DNA of 64,000 nt from a virus. Taxonomy: Duplodnaviria > Caudoviricetes. The stretch is taken from IMG/VR virus record IMGVR_UViG_3300025018_000136, positions 1 to 64,000 of that record; one strand, written 5' to 3'. Below are positions 1-9,690 of the stretch, one piece after another. Under the pieces are notes generated by a model. It was not told where the DNA came from. It saw only the letters and a list, made by a program, of their open reading frames with translations, and searched no databases. Each line of letters opens with the position of its first letter. The first letter of the stretch is position 1. Both the position numbers and the translations under genes were made by a program.

Positions 1-49
1 GTGTAAAAATATTAATGATATTAAAAAGATGTTTAATTGGTGAAATATT

Positions 50-367
50 ATGGAAGGAACAATAGATGAGATAGAAAAATTTATTGAGGAAGAACTTGAT
101 AAGGTTATTACTCAAGAAGATAAGATTGACGATAGCGTTGAAGAGCACCTTGGAGAGATGGGCTGGTTGTGGACTCAAGTGAGAGAAAAACTTGAGAAAG
201 ATAAAGTCTGTTTTAATTGTAAAAAGCACGTAGAGTTTTCTGTAGAGAACCCTGTTAATGTAGTTGAAGCAACCAAAGTAGACCCTGGAGTTATTGCTTT
301 TGTTAGTTTGTGTTCTAAGTGTATGGAAAAGATACAAAAAGAACAAAAAACCACAAAGCTTAAATAG
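50..367 (+). CDS. Hypothetical zinc-binding protein
   Basis: CFNC...CSKC cysteine pairs; acidic N-terminus. Confidence 0.55.
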   Translation: MEGTIDEIEKFIEEELDKVITQEDKIDDSVEEHLGEMGWLWTQVREKLEKDKVCFNCKKHVEFSVENPVNVVEATKVDPGVIAFVSLCSKCMEKIQKEQKTTKLK

Positions 368-388
368 TAGAAGAACTATTAATACATC
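351..388 (+). promoter_or_regulatory. Archaeal BRE/TATA-like promoter, probably leaderless, for the ORF at 389
   Basis: ccacaaagcTTAAATAgtagaa about 29 nt upstream of the ATG at 389; matches a motif recurring through the window. Confidence 0.5.
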
Positions 389-1216
389 ATGGTATTTAGG
401 AAGAACGATATTCCCCACAATAAAAGAGAAGACATACAGGACAAAGAAGTTGTAGCTTTATACAAAAAGGGGTTATCATCTAATGACATAGGAAAGAAAT
501 TTTCGTGTTCTGGAACTAATATTTTGAATATACTTAAAAGAAACAATGTAAAAATTAGAAATACTGGGTATACAAAACTTGTTCTGCAAAGAAAGAACGA
601 GAAAAAAATAATAAAACAGTATTTGTCTGGTAAATCTGCATATCAAATAGGAGTGGCTGTTAATTTAAGCGAAGGAACAATAAGAAAAATTCTTAGAGAA
701 AACAACATCGAAATAAGAGATATATCGGAAGCATTATCTGTAAGAAATTATAAACACATAGAAGACACTAAAAGATTTCTAAGCAATAGAATGTCTGACG
801 GTGGTGCTATAATAGCTATGAAAGGCAATTCTTCTATAAACACTAAACCAATGAGGGTGTTTGAAAAAATACTCGAAAATAATAAAGTAGAATTTGAGAA
901 AGAGTTTGTAATTGAAAACAAAAGTTATGATTTCTTTATAAAACCGAATATTCTTATAGAGATAGATGGTGATTATTGGCATGGAAATCCTTCTGTTTAT
1001 AAAAAGTCTGAACTTAATAACATACAAAAAAGAAAAAAGCGTATAGACAAACAAAAAAATTCTATAGCAGATAAAAATGGATATCTATTGTTTAGAATAT
1101 GGGGTTCAGATTTAAAACGATATTATAAACTTATAGATATGAAGAGAAAACCGAGGAATAAAAATGGAAAAAGAACTAACACCAATTCCTTCATTGATTT
1201 TGAAGGAAACATTTAA
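389..1216 (+). CDS. Free-standing homing-type endonuclease (HTH repeats + Vsr/DUF559-like nuclease)
   Basis: Two HTH-like repeats, then YDFFIKPNILIEIDGDYWHG and LFRIW. Confidence 0.7.
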   Translation: MVFRKNDIPHNKREDIQDKEVVALYKKGLSSNDIGKKFSCSGTNILNILKRNNVKIRNTGYTKLVLQRKNEKKIIKQYLSGKSAYQIGVAVNLSEGTIRKILRENNIEIRDISEALSVRNYKHIEDTKRFLSNRMSDGGAIIAMKGNSSINTKPMRVFEKILENNKVEFEKEFVIENKSYDFFIKPNILIEIDGDYWHGNPSVYKKSELNNIQKRKKRIDKQKNSIADKNGYLLFRIWGSDLKRYYKLIDMKRKPRNKNGKRTNTNSFIDFEGNI

Positions 1217-1709
1217 ACTGTCTGACCCAGCAAAGAAGATTACACTTCTAACATCTAGACCGATGAAAGAAGGCGAAAGTGAATACGGAAAATGGTATTT
1301 GTGGAAAGTTGCTGTAGAAGACGCAGTTGTTAAATGGAAAGAAGGAAACAAAATAGAAAAAGGATATACAGGAGAAGCATTTATGTTTCCATCAAGCGAT
1401 TATATGAATGATACTATGCTTGAGATTACTGGCGGGGAAGAAGAGGATGTTGAAATTTCTATTAAGAAAGAAGCAGAAGAAACGAAGAAAGGTCTACGAA
1501 GTAGATATGTACTTGAAAAACTTTCTGCAGGTGGAGTCCCAGAGTCTTCATTTACTCCTACAGAGTCTGCCCTTATTAACGATGCAAAAATTGCTAAAAA
1601 GAGTGGTATGGAAGTAAGTGAGAAAGCCTTTATTATCCTATCTCAAGAAGATGATTATGAAGGAAAAATTAATGCAGAACGAGCTAAAGAACTATATAAA
1701 TTCTTGTGA
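1164..1709 (+). CDS. Putative OB-fold ssDNA-binding-like protein
   Basis: SEYGKWYLWKV beta-rich aromatic pattern, acidic composition, replication-module context. Confidence 0.4.
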   Translation: MEKELTPIPSLILKETFKLSDPAKKITLLTSRPMKEGESEYGKWYLWKVAVEDAVVKWKEGNKIEKGYTGEAFMFPSSDYMNDTMLEITGGEEEDVEISIKKEAEETKKGLRSRYVLEKLSAGGVPESSFTPTESALINDAKIAKKSGMEVSEKAFIILSQEDDYEGKINAERAKELYKFL

Positions 1710-1714
1710 TTAAT

Positions 1715-2035
1715 ATGTCTTTAGCTGCCGAAATTAAGAAACTAAAAGAGAATCCTTGTATAGTTAAGGCTGGAAAGGATTTTCATAAAGGAGCTTTAAT
1801 TGGGCATGTTTCTAACGGTGGTGGAGTGGTTGAACTGGGGGATGGTTATGCCCTCAGATTCACCGCTCTAAATGATAAGTTTGTTCACATTCAGTTACTG
1901 GACTATGGTAAGAATATTCCTGTAAAAACACAATCTTGGCAAAAGACTAAACAGGTTGTTGCGAAAGAGAACAAACCAGAATTTGAATTTGGTGTTGAAG
2001 GTGGGGAAGAACAAAAACGAGAAAACTTATTCTAA
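1715..2035 (+). CDS. Hypothetical protein
   Basis: Tightly packed ORF; ATG at 1715 follows a GTGAT ribosome-binding-like sequence. Confidence 0.55.
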   Translation: MSLAAEIKKLKENPCIVKAGKDFHKGALIGHVSNGGGVVELGDGYALRFTALNDKFVHIQLLDYGKNIPVKTQSWQKTKQVVAKENKPEFEFGVEGGEEQKRENLF

Positions 2036-2561
2036 AATCTATACAAAGGTTGGTGATGCTGGGTATTCTAAGAATTTTAATGGTGTTAATATTCCTAAAG
2101 GCCATGAAGATTTAGAATTGTTGGGGCAGATAGATGAAATTCAGGTCTCAATTGATTTGGTTAGACATATTTTCAAACGAGAATATATGACTGGTTTTTC
2201 CCAAAATGACACTTTGGAAGAATACGAACTTATTGAAGAGATACAGAAACATTTGTGGGACTTAGCAGGTAGAATATCTGGTATGCAAGCAACCACCTTA
2301 TATGATATAAAAGAATCATCAATTATAGATTTAGAAGAATATATTGATTCTTGTGAGATTGACTTATATTCTTTTGTAAGATTTGGGGATGAGTTAGCTA
2401 TTGCTATAAATGAAGCACGTGTTAGGGTTAGACGATTTGAAAGAACTATGTTTAATAGATTTGCAGCTCCGTGGAGAACCGCTGTAGTTTGTAAATATAT
2501 TAATAGGTTAGGCGATTTCTTGTTTGCGTTATCATATGTACTGGAAAGGAATGACACATGA
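1956..2561 (+). CDS. pduO: ATP:cob(I)alamin adenosyltransferase, PduO type (start uncertain)
   Basis: KIYTKVGDAG, GQIDE, ARVRVRRFER and YINRLGDFLF match PduO motifs. Confidence 0.8.
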   Translation: MLRKRTNQNLNLVLKVGKNKNEKTYSKIYTKVGDAGYSKNFNGVNIPKGHEDLELLGQIDEIQVSIDLVRHIFKREYMTGFSQNDTLEEYELIEEIQKHLWDLAGRISGMQATTLYDIKESSIIDLEEYIDSCEIDLYSFVRFGDELAIAINEARVRVRRFERTMFNRFAAPWRTAVVCKYINRLGDFLFALSYVLERNDT

Positions 2562-2989
2562 ATACGGAAATAGAAACGTGGAAATTAATACTTGAAAATT
2601 GTTTTCCTATGGTGCGTGTAGAGTATAGGGTTGGTTGTTTCCATTTAACATTTGGCGTCCCAGAAAAATATAGTTCTTTTTCTGTAACATTATCAATGCT
2701 TGAGAGTGTAGAAGATTTAGATATTTTATTTATTACTTTGGATGACCAAATGAATCACTCTATTAAAAGATTAATTAGTGAAATGTTTGTAGAAAAATAT
2801 AAAGAATCTCCTTATTTTACAACACTAATGAATGGAACACTAGCAAGAATAGTAGGAGACATATGTGTCGAACCCAACAAACCAATAGTATTATTGCATC
2901 CTTTAGATTATATGTCTTTAATACACCACGATACTACAGTTATTGATAGGTTAGATTCTTGGAAGGAGAGGTATAAAAATGATAAATAA
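2558..2989 (+). CDS. Hypothetical protein
   Basis: ATGA overlap with pduO; 143 aa ORF. Confidence 0.55.
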   Translation: MNTEIETWKLILENCFPMVRVEYRVGCFHLTFGVPEKYSSFSVTLSMLESVEDLDILFITLDDQMNHSIKRLISEMFVEKYKESPYFTTLMNGTLARIVGDICVEPNKPIVLLHPLDYMSLIHHDTTVIDRLDSWKERYKNDK

Positions 2990-4118
2990 AGATGAATTCT
3001 TATTTCATAATCTTGTAGTTGCTGAGTTCAGTAGAAAATTGTTAGATAGCGTATTTACAGAAGACAACATAGTAAGTAAGAAAAAGGCAATACTTATTAA
3101 AGGCGATAAACCTCAAAAGATTTATGGTTATTATATGGAAAAGAATAAGAAATCATATTTTCTAATTGATGAACTTGTTGATAAACTTCCTTTTAAAATA
3201 ACAAAATCTGTAGAAACAGATTATAAAGGAGACGTATTTGATATGATTACTCACGTGTTTCCAATAACTATTCCTGCAGAACAAAGAATGTCTTTTAGAG
3301 AACTTGTTCTCAATACGCCATCGTTTACACATACTAATCCTAAACACTATTTACTTTATAAGATACTCAGTCTTGCAGCCTATGTTGATAGGTTAAACGC
3401 AAGAATTAGTACAGAAGCTGGGTTTGGAAAAGACAGCACAATAGACATTATTAAACAACTTGTTAATAGCACGTCTAATATTTATGGTGCTACATTTGCC
3501 AAATTAGAATATAACCTAACAAATAGGTTATTGTGTCTCAATGAAATGGGCAACTTAAAAACAGATGAGAAATTCAATATGCAAGAATACCTTCTTGCCG
3601 TAGGAGCCTATCGTAATTATTATGAGAAAAGAACTCGTAAAACAAATACAACCCAAGAGACATATGATGTTAGTGATACAAGTCTACTTATACTTTATAA
3701 TCTACCTGAATATTATCGTGATAAGGCGCAAGAATACTTTGACCAGATGTTTACACCTGCGGTCATAGACAGATTCATACCGTTCGTATTTGACGGGAGA
3801 TTGGCTACTAAGTTTCAAGATTTACTTGACCCCTACGAAGTATTAGACACCCATGAAGATAAAATTAAAGATATTATAGCTACACTTGAATTCTATAAAG
3901 TTAATAAATTAACAGAACTTAAATATGAAATACCAGAAGAAATAGACTTTGGAAACAAGGAACGTTATGATAGAACTTTTTGTATTCTTGCAAAATATGT
4001 TGCAGAATTTTCAGAATCAGAAGAAGAGTTTAAAGATTTAATTCTTGAACTTTATAAATGTTATAAAAATTATGACACTCTTATTGAGACAGAAAAGGTT
4101 GTAGATGAACTTAAATGA
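2979..4118 (+). CDS. MCM-like AAA+ ATPase, candidate replicative helicase
   Basis: Walker A-like TEAGFGKDS, Walker B-like LLCLNE, arginine-finger-like AVIDRF. Confidence 0.55.
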   Translation: MINKDEFLFHNLVVAEFSRKLLDSVFTEDNIVSKKKAILIKGDKPQKIYGYYMEKNKKSYFLIDELVDKLPFKITKSVETDYKGDVFDMITHVFPITIPAEQRMSFRELVLNTPSFTHTNPKHYLLYKILSLAAYVDRLNARISTEAGFGKDSTIDIIKQLVNSTSNIYGATFAKLEYNLTNRLLCLNEMGNLKTDEKFNMQEYLLAVGAYRNYYEKRTRKTNTTQETYDVSDTSLLILYNLPEYYRDKAQEYFDQMFTPAVIDRFIPFVFDGRLATKFQDLLDPYEVLDTHEDKIKDIIATLEFYKVNKLTELKYEIPEEIDFGNKERYDRTFCILAKYVAEFSESEEEFKDLILELYKCYKNYDTLIETEKVVDELK

Positions 4119-4483
4119 CTAGAAGAAACAGCAAACATGACAGCACTTTAGACTTGTTGGTTGATAGATTACTTGAATACGGATATGAAGGTATTCAAAC
4201 AAAGCTTGATTATAGTAAACGGGGAGTGCTTGGAGAGTTTGATATATATTTACATAGAGGCTCACAACATAGATATTATGAAGTAAAGAGTACTTATAGT
4301 AGAAAGAATAAAAAGAAAGCAGAGTGGCAAGCTTATAGGGCTAGTATTGCTTTCCCAAATAGAAATTGGAGATTTATTTTAGTTACACCAGATAAGGTTG
4401 AACGTATAGAACCAATTCCTCATCCAGAATATTATAAAAAATGGTGTGTTTACAGAAGAAGGATTGAACGAGAGGTATATTAA
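4115..4483 (+). CDS. PD-(D/E)xK nuclease
   Basis: GEFDIY...YYEVKS motif. Confidence 0.6.
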   Translation: MTRRNSKHDSTLDLLVDRLLEYGYEGIQTKLDYSKRGVLGEFDIYLHRGSQHRYYEVKSTYSRKNKKKAEWQAYRASIAFPNRNWRFILVTPDKVERIEPIPHPEYYKKWCVYRRRIEREVY

Positions 4484-6232
4484 ATGGAAAACGAATTATC
4501 AACACTCAAAGGTGTGGGTCCTACTACACTTGAGAAGTTAGAAACAGCAGGTATAAGTACATTGATGGCATTGGCTACAAGTTCTCCTGCAGAAGTTAGT
4601 TCTGTCGCGGGACTTAGTGAAAATGCTGCACGTAAGCTTATAAAACAAGCACGAGAAGGTCTTAGCTTAGGTTTCGAAAAAGCCAAAGAGTTTGCAAAGA
4701 AGAGAGATATTGTTGAAAAGATAAGTGTTGGTTGTGCTCCTTTTGATGAGATGTTGGGTGGAGGCTTTGAAAGCGGTGCTATTACAGAAGTATATGGTCA
4801 ATTTGGTTGTCTGTCCGGAGACACTATTATAAGAACCAGTAGACATGAAAAAGGACATAAACATCGTATAGATTGGATATATAAGCAATTCCACGAAAGA
4901 GAATCTTTAAATGAACACTTTAGATGGGATTTAGAAACACCAACATATATTCGTTCTTATAACGGAACAAACATCGGAAGACATCCAATAGAAGATGTGG
5001 TTTATAGTGGAGAAAAACAAGTTTATGAACTCGTTCTTGACAACGAATATAAATTAAAAGCTACTCCTGAACATAAAATTATGACTGATAGTGGATGGAT
5101 AGAAGTGCAAAATTTAACATCTGAACACTCTGTCATGTGCGATACACCAAACACTCGCAAAAACACACAAGGTCATAAAACAAACACACTTAGAGATTTT
5201 TATCTTTATGACGCTAAACACCACCCAAAGTGTAAAAAAAGTGGACATAAAGGGATTTCAATCCATAGAGCCATCTATGAAGCGTGTATAAATAACATAA
5301 CTATATCTGAATACGTGAAAATTGTTTATTCAGAACCAGATAAAGCACAGAAATTAAAATATGTAGACACGAATACATATGCAATACACCACAAAGACGG
5401 CAATCATTATAACAACGATATAGAAAACCTTGAGTTAGTTACACACGAAGAACATGTTAAAATTCATGGCTCAGAGTTGTATTCAAACTTCAATCAAGGA
5501 GTTCCAGAGTTTGTTAAAGTGAAGAGTGTTACAAAACTTGGTATAGAAAAAACATATGATATTGTGTGTGCAGAACCGTTCCATAATTTCAACGCTAATG
5601 AAATGATAGTGCATAACTCAGGCAAGACTCAACTATCGCATTTACTTGTTGTTAGAGCCCTTATAGAAAATCCCAATAATAAAGCAATATTCTTAGATAC
5701 AGAGAACACATTTAGGGATGATAGAATTATTGATTTTGCAGAAGCAAATGGATTAGACCCAGATGAAGCACTTGACAGAATATTTGTTGCAAGAGCTTAT
5801 AATTCTGACCACCAACAACTTTTGGTTGATGAAATTGAAAAGATGTTGCAACAAGACCAAACATTTAGGGTTATAGTTGTAGATAGTTTAACTTCTCATT
5901 TTAGGGCAGAATTTATTGGTAGAGGAACACTTGCCAGTAGACAACAACATCTTAATAAGCATATGCACCAGTTACTTAGATTAGCAGACCTTTATAATAT
6001 GGTTGTACTTTGTTCTAATCAGGTTATGAGTGCTCCTGATAGTTTTTATGGAGACCCTACAAAACCTATAGGCGGTCATATAGTTGGGCACAATTCCACT
6101 TTTCGTATTTATATGAGACCTGGAAAAGAAGGAAGTATTTATGCTAAGCTTGTGGACAGTCCGAATCTTCCTCAAACTGATTGTAACTTCTGGGTTACTA
6201 AAGATGGGTTTGCGGATGTGAAGCCAAAATGA
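4484..6232 (+). CDS. radA: Archaeal-type RadA recombinase with an intein
   Basis: N-terminal HhH (LKGVGPTT), ITEVYGQFG/SGKTQ, LDTENTFR, VVDSLTSHFRAEFIGRG, PIGGHIVGH. Confidence 0.95.
   Translation: MENELSTLKGVGPTTLEKLETAGISTLMALATSSPAEVSSVAGLSENAARKLIKQAREGLSLGFEKAKEFAKKRDIVEKISVGCAPFDEMLGGGFESGAITEVYGQFGCLSGDTIIRTSRHEKGHKHRIDWIYKQFHERESLNEHFRWDLETPTYIRSYNGTNIGRHPIEDVVYSGEKQVYELVLDNEYKLKATPEHKIMTDSGWIEVQNLTSEHSVMCDTPNTRKNTQGHKTNTLRDFYLYDAKHHPKCKKSGHKGISIHRAIYEACINNITISEYVKIVYSEPDKAQKLKYVDTNTYAIHHKDGNHYNNDIENLELVTHEEHVKIHGSELYSNFNQGVPEFVKVKSVTKLGIEKTYDIVCAEPFHNFNANEMIVHNSGKTQLSHLLVVRALIENPNNKAIFLDTENTFRDDRIIDFAEANGLDPDEALDRIFVARAYNSDHQQLLVDEIEKMLQQDQTFRVIVVDSLTSHFRAEFIGRGTLASRQQHLNKHMHQLLRLADLYNMVVLCSNQVMSAPDSFYGDPTKPIGGHIVGHNSTFRIYMRPGKEGSIYAKLVDSPNLPQTDCNFWVTKDGFADVKPK
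4808..5617 (+). mobile_element. RadA intein (270 aa) carrying an HNH endonuclease, inserted in Walker A
   Basis: CLSGDT...MIVHN followed by Ser; internal IHHKDGNHYNNDIENLELVTHEEH. Confidence 0.9.
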
Positions 6233-6414
6233 ACCTTGCTACTACAACAAGTATAGGTATATTTTTAATTTTTTTCTTTTTTGGTTTTGCTTCACTGTTA
6301 ATAATTATGTCAATGTTGTTCATATCAATATTTAAAGAATTCCCAAGTTTTGTTATAGTTGTTTTAATATTCTTTTTATGTTTAAGTATTATTGGTTGTT
6401 GTGGTAGAAAATGA
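6229..6414 (+). CDS. Small membrane protein (two TM segments)
   Basis: Almost entirely hydrophobic; ATGA overlaps at both ends. Confidence 0.55.
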   Translation: MNLATTTSIGIFLIFFFFGFASLLIIMSMLFISIFKEFPSFVIVVLIFFLCLSIIGCCGRK

Positions 6415-6569
6415 AAAAATGTAGAGTGTGTAAAAGCGCATGTATTTCTGATTGTGTACCTACAGATATTTGTCCTAAGTGTGCTAAGAAACCACAATAC
6501 GTATTAACTGCAGAGTGGCAGGAAACCACACTTAAGAAATATGGTATTAAGAGGAATAAAAATGATTGA
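6411..6569 (+). CDS. Small Cys-rich (zinc finger) protein, 52 aa, not in ORF track
   Basis: MKKCRVCKSACISDCVPTDICPKC; overlaps both neighbours. Confidence 0.55.
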   Translation: MKKCRVCKSACISDCVPTDICPKCAKKPQYVLTAEWQETTLKKYGIKRNKND

Positions 6570-6750
6570 TATAGATGATGAGAAAACAAAAGAACTCGAT
6601 AAGTGGTTGGCAGATGCACCTGACTGGTTGATTATTGATGAACCAATAGATGTTTTTATGGAACAAAAAACAATGCAAGTGTTTGGTAGTAGAGTCCCTA
6701 GAGTATTACAAGGTCCTTATAGGGTTACAATTAACGGAAGGTTTTACTAA
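6562..6750 (+). CDS. Hypothetical protein
   Basis: In-frame ATG at 6562 after GAGG; TAATG coupling to next gene. Confidence 0.5.
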   Translation: MIDIDDEKTKELDKWLADAPDWLIIDEPIDVFMEQKTMQVFGSRVPRVLQGPYRVTINGRFY

Positions 6751-7031
6751 TGAAATGTTTAAAATTTGATGAGAGTAAAGTAGACCTAAGTAAGACGGCT
6801 ACTTGGAATATATGGATGCAATTTGGTGTAGATGTTGAGAAACTAACTGAGGAGTTTAGAGTAGAAGAACATTATATGCCTAATGAAGTGCAGAATGAAC
6901 TTATAGATTATATGAGTAAAAACTACAAGAAACTAAAACAATATAAAAGAAATAAAAAGATGTTTGAAGACCATGTGGCTTGGGAATATCTAAACTACTT
7001 TCCTACGTCTGTTGATAAAGATGGCATTTAA
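6750..7031 (+). CDS. Hypothetical protein
   Basis: 93 aa ORF coupled to upstream stop. Confidence 0.55.
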   Translation: MKCLKFDESKVDLSKTATWNIWMQFGVDVEKLTEEFRVEEHYMPNEVQNELIDYMSKNYKKLKQYKRNKKMFEDHVAWEYLNYFPTSVDKDGI

Positions 7032-7112
7032 ACAACAAAAAAACCTTGAAAGATTGTTTTTATTAGAAATAATTGGCGCTAACCAATATATGATTTTAAT
7101 GAAGGTGTTATA

Positions 7113-7217
7113 ATGTCAAAACCAAAACCAATTAAAGTAGTAGGTTGGAAATGTGACAACTGTCACGAATTTTACAATACATACGATGAAGCATATGAGT
7201 GTTGCCCAGATGATTGA
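7113..7217 (+). CDS. Micro zinc-finger protein, 34 aa
   Basis: WKCDNCHEFY...YECC; AAGGTG RBS; ATGATTGA overlap with next ORF. Confidence 0.5.
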   Translation: MSKPKPIKVVGWKCDNCHEFYNTYDEAYECCPDD

Positions 7218-7314
7218 AATAAATGATAATGATGTCTGCGGCGTGTGCGGCGCATATTGGTCTGGAAATGTTTGTTGTAATGGGCATCCTAGAACGGTGA
7301 TACACAATGATTGA
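7210..7314 (+). CDS. Micro Cys-rich protein, 34 aa
   Basis: VCGVCG...VCCNGH; ATGATTGA overlap with the MazG start. Confidence 0.5.
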   Translation: MIEINDNDVCGVCGAYWSGNVCCNGHPRTVIHND

Positions 7315-7582
7315 GATACTACATAAAGCAATAAACACTTATGGCGAAGATAAACAACTACTCATGCTAGTTGAAGAAATGGCAGAACTGTTAGTTGCAA
7401 TAACCCATAAACTTAGGGGAAGAGTAGAAGTAGAATACATTACAGAAGAAATAGCTGATGTTTATATAATGCTTGAACAAGCAAAGATTATATTTGGTAT
7501 ATCATCTGACGATATAAATGAGCAGATTGATTTTAAAATTAAACGATTGGAAAAACGAATGGGTGAAGATAAAAATGAATAA
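7307..7582 (+). CDS. mazG: MazG-like nucleotide pyrophosphohydrolase
   Basis: VEEMAEL...EEIADV (ExxE/ExxD) motifs. Confidence 0.8.
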   Translation: MIEILHKAINTYGEDKQLLMLVEEMAELLVAITHKLRGRVEVEYITEEIADVYIMLEQAKIIFGISSDDINEQIDFKIKRLEKRMGEDKNE

Positions 7583-8285
7583 AATAGATGCAACACTACT
7601 TAGAGATTTTATTAAGAAGGCAAGTTTAAACGGCAGTATAATGTCAATCAACATGAATTTTGAAGAAGATGGATTACATTCATCTGTGAGAGATTTTACA
7701 TATGTTGCACTAACAAACGTGTTTATTAAAAGAGAATCTTTTGCTGAATATCAAGCTATCGGTGAGATTTTTATTAAGAACACCTTGGATTTTATGAAGT
7801 ATCTTAAGTCTTTTCCTGGAAATGTGAACATTGTTATTGATGATACCTACAACATGACATTATCAAACGATGATAGGGAAATTAATGTTCTTCTTGGTTC
7901 AGATATTATTTGTGATAATGTAAACAGAAATGGTTCGCCTTTAATCACTTTTGAAGCAGAATTTGATGTTAAGAAGACTTTCTTAAAAAAAGCGATTGAA
8001 GATATGAGTACTATAAAGATTAAATCTGTAACAATAACTAAAAACGCAGATGAAGTAAAACTTGAAGTTGGTGTGTTTGGAGAATCTGATTACTTTATTA
8101 ATAAAGATGAAACTGAGCATACAGCAGAAGCATCTGTAAAGATAGGTTCTCATATTATAGACCTATTTAATTCTTTAGATAATAATTGTAGGATGTCTGT
8201 AATTACTGATGGGCCTCTTATGGTAGTAGAAGATAACGAAGCAATGGACTTCAGTTGTTTTATTGCTCCTATTATAGAGGAATAA
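7575..8285 (+). CDS. pcn: PCNA-like DNA sliding clamp
   Basis: About 236 aa; NFEEDGLHSSVRDFTYVALTNVFI and C-terminal FIAPII follow the PCNA pattern; RFC nearby. Confidence 0.8.
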   Translation: MNKIDATLLRDFIKKASLNGSIMSINMNFEEDGLHSSVRDFTYVALTNVFIKRESFAEYQAIGEIFIKNTLDFMKYLKSFPGNVNIVIDDTYNMTLSNDDREINVLLGSDIICDNVNRNGSPLITFEAEFDVKKTFLKKAIEDMSTIKIKSVTITKNADEVKLEVGVFGESDYFINKDETEHTAEASVKIGSHIIDLFNSLDNNCRMSVITDGPLMVVEDNEAMDFSCFIAPIIEE

Positions 8286-8288
8286 ATT

Positions 8289-8411
8289 ATGAGCAGACCT
8301 CTCTGCCCTTTTTGTTATGATGGTAAAATCGTTCATGATAAGAATGATAAAAACATCCTTTTTTGCGATAGATGTCTTAAGAACGTAAGAATAGGAATAT
8401 TTGGTGATTAA
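8289..8411 (+). CDS. Small zinc-ribbon protein, 40 aa
   Basis: CPFC...CDRC; exactly fills the PCNA-IMPDH gap. Confidence 0.6.
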   Translation: MSRPLCPFCYDGKIVHDKNDKNILFCDRCLKNVRIGIFGD

Positions 8412-9434
8412 ATGGAACAAGGATTAACATATGATGATGTACTTATTATTCCAGGTAAGAGTATTATAAATTCTAGAAAAAAAGTAAATGTAAGAACGAA
8501 CGTAGCTGGGTTCAATATTGTTCCAGTAATTGCTTCTAATATGGAAAGCGTAGTAAATACTGACACAATAATTAAATTAGATTCATATCATGCTACTGGA
8601 GTTCTTCATAGATTTAAGGGAAATCAAGAAAGATTAAATGATATCATAACTCTAGGCAAAGCAGCTGTATATCCTATTTTAACTTCTGTTGGAATGGAAG
8701 ATTCTATAGAATTTGTTACTGAGCTTTGTATGGCTGGGGCCCATGGTCTTGTTCTGGATGTGGCTCACGCTCACTCAGAACCTGTTATGTCTTTTATAGA
8801 AAAGGTATTAGAGCCAGTAAAACAGACTACTAATGTATCTGTGATTGTTGGAAATATTGCTACAAAGGATGCAGCTGAGGATTTATCAAGATATGGTATA
8901 GACGCTTTTAAAGTTGGTATAGGCCCTGGAGCAGCATGCACAACAAGAATTAAAACTGGTTGCGGATATCCTCAACTTTCTGCTATTATGGAAATTTTTG
9001 AAGTTGCTAAAAGACATGGAATATCTATCATAGCAGATGGTGGAATTAATAATCCAGGGGATGTTGCGAAAGCAATTGTTGCTGGAGCAGATGCTGTAAT
9101 GATTGGTAAACAATTAGCTTATACTTATGACAACACAGCAAGTGATGTGGAAACTCCTAAAAAATTTGAAGGAGTATTTAAAGAGAAAAGATATTTCGGT
9201 AGTGCTAGTAGTGAGAACAAATATAAAGGGAGCAAATATATAGAAGGACAAGCAGGATATTTTAGGATGTTTCCAGAAGACCCTAAAATAGGAGATAGGA
9301 TTACTGAATATATTCACGCGTTGCAATCTGCTTGTAGTTATATTGGCGCAGAAAAAGTTTCAGATATGATAGGACTAAAAAGGTTCATTCAGATTACAGA
9401 TAACGGGACAAGAGAAAATAACGTGAGGTTTTAA
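8412..9434 (+). CDS. IMP dehydrogenase / GMP reductase family protein, no CBS domains
   Basis: LTYDDVLIIP, LDVAHAHS, KVGIGPGAACTTRIKTG, IADGGI. Confidence 0.9.
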   Translation: MEQGLTYDDVLIIPGKSIINSRKKVNVRTNVAGFNIVPVIASNMESVVNTDTIIKLDSYHATGVLHRFKGNQERLNDIITLGKAAVYPILTSVGMEDSIEFVTELCMAGAHGLVLDVAHAHSEPVMSFIEKVLEPVKQTTNVSVIVGNIATKDAAEDLSRYGIDAFKVGIGPGAACTTRIKTGCGYPQLSAIMEIFEVAKRHGISIIADGGINNPGDVAKAIVAGADAVMIGKQLAYTYDNTASDVETPKKFEGVFKEKRYFGSASSENKYKGSKYIEGQAGYFRMFPEDPKIGDRITEYIHALQSACSYIGAEKVSDMIGLKRFIQITDNGTRENNVRF

Positions 9435-9435
9435 T

Positions 9436-9690
9436 ATGGCTGTATTTTGTGGTTCAGATTCAATACCAACAGATGAAGAAATAAGAGAACGTTATGACAA
9501 TTTTAGAAATCTTATAATAGAAAGACATGGTGGAACTGTATCAGTATCTTATAGAACACCGTGTGAAATATGTGGTAAATATCATAGATTTGGGTCTAAG
9601 GCTCAGAAAAGATGTAATTTGATAATTGTTTGTTCTGTAGTATCTACATTTAAAGAAGTGGAGGATGAACAATATAAGTTTTATATGTGA
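9436..9690 (+). CDS. Hypothetical protein with a zinc-finger-like motif
   Basis: CEICGKYH...C. Confidence 0.5.
   Translation: MAVFCGSDSIPTDEEIRERYDNFRNLIIERHGGTVSVSYRTPCEICGKYHRFGSKAQKRCNLIIVCSVVSTFKEVEDEQYKFYM

Noticed and set aside
7307-9434. 2-aminoadenine (Z) or 7-deazaguanine DNA pathway suggested by MazG and IMPDH
   Set aside because: No PurZ, DatZ, QueC/D/E, FolE or DpdA motifs were recognised in the window
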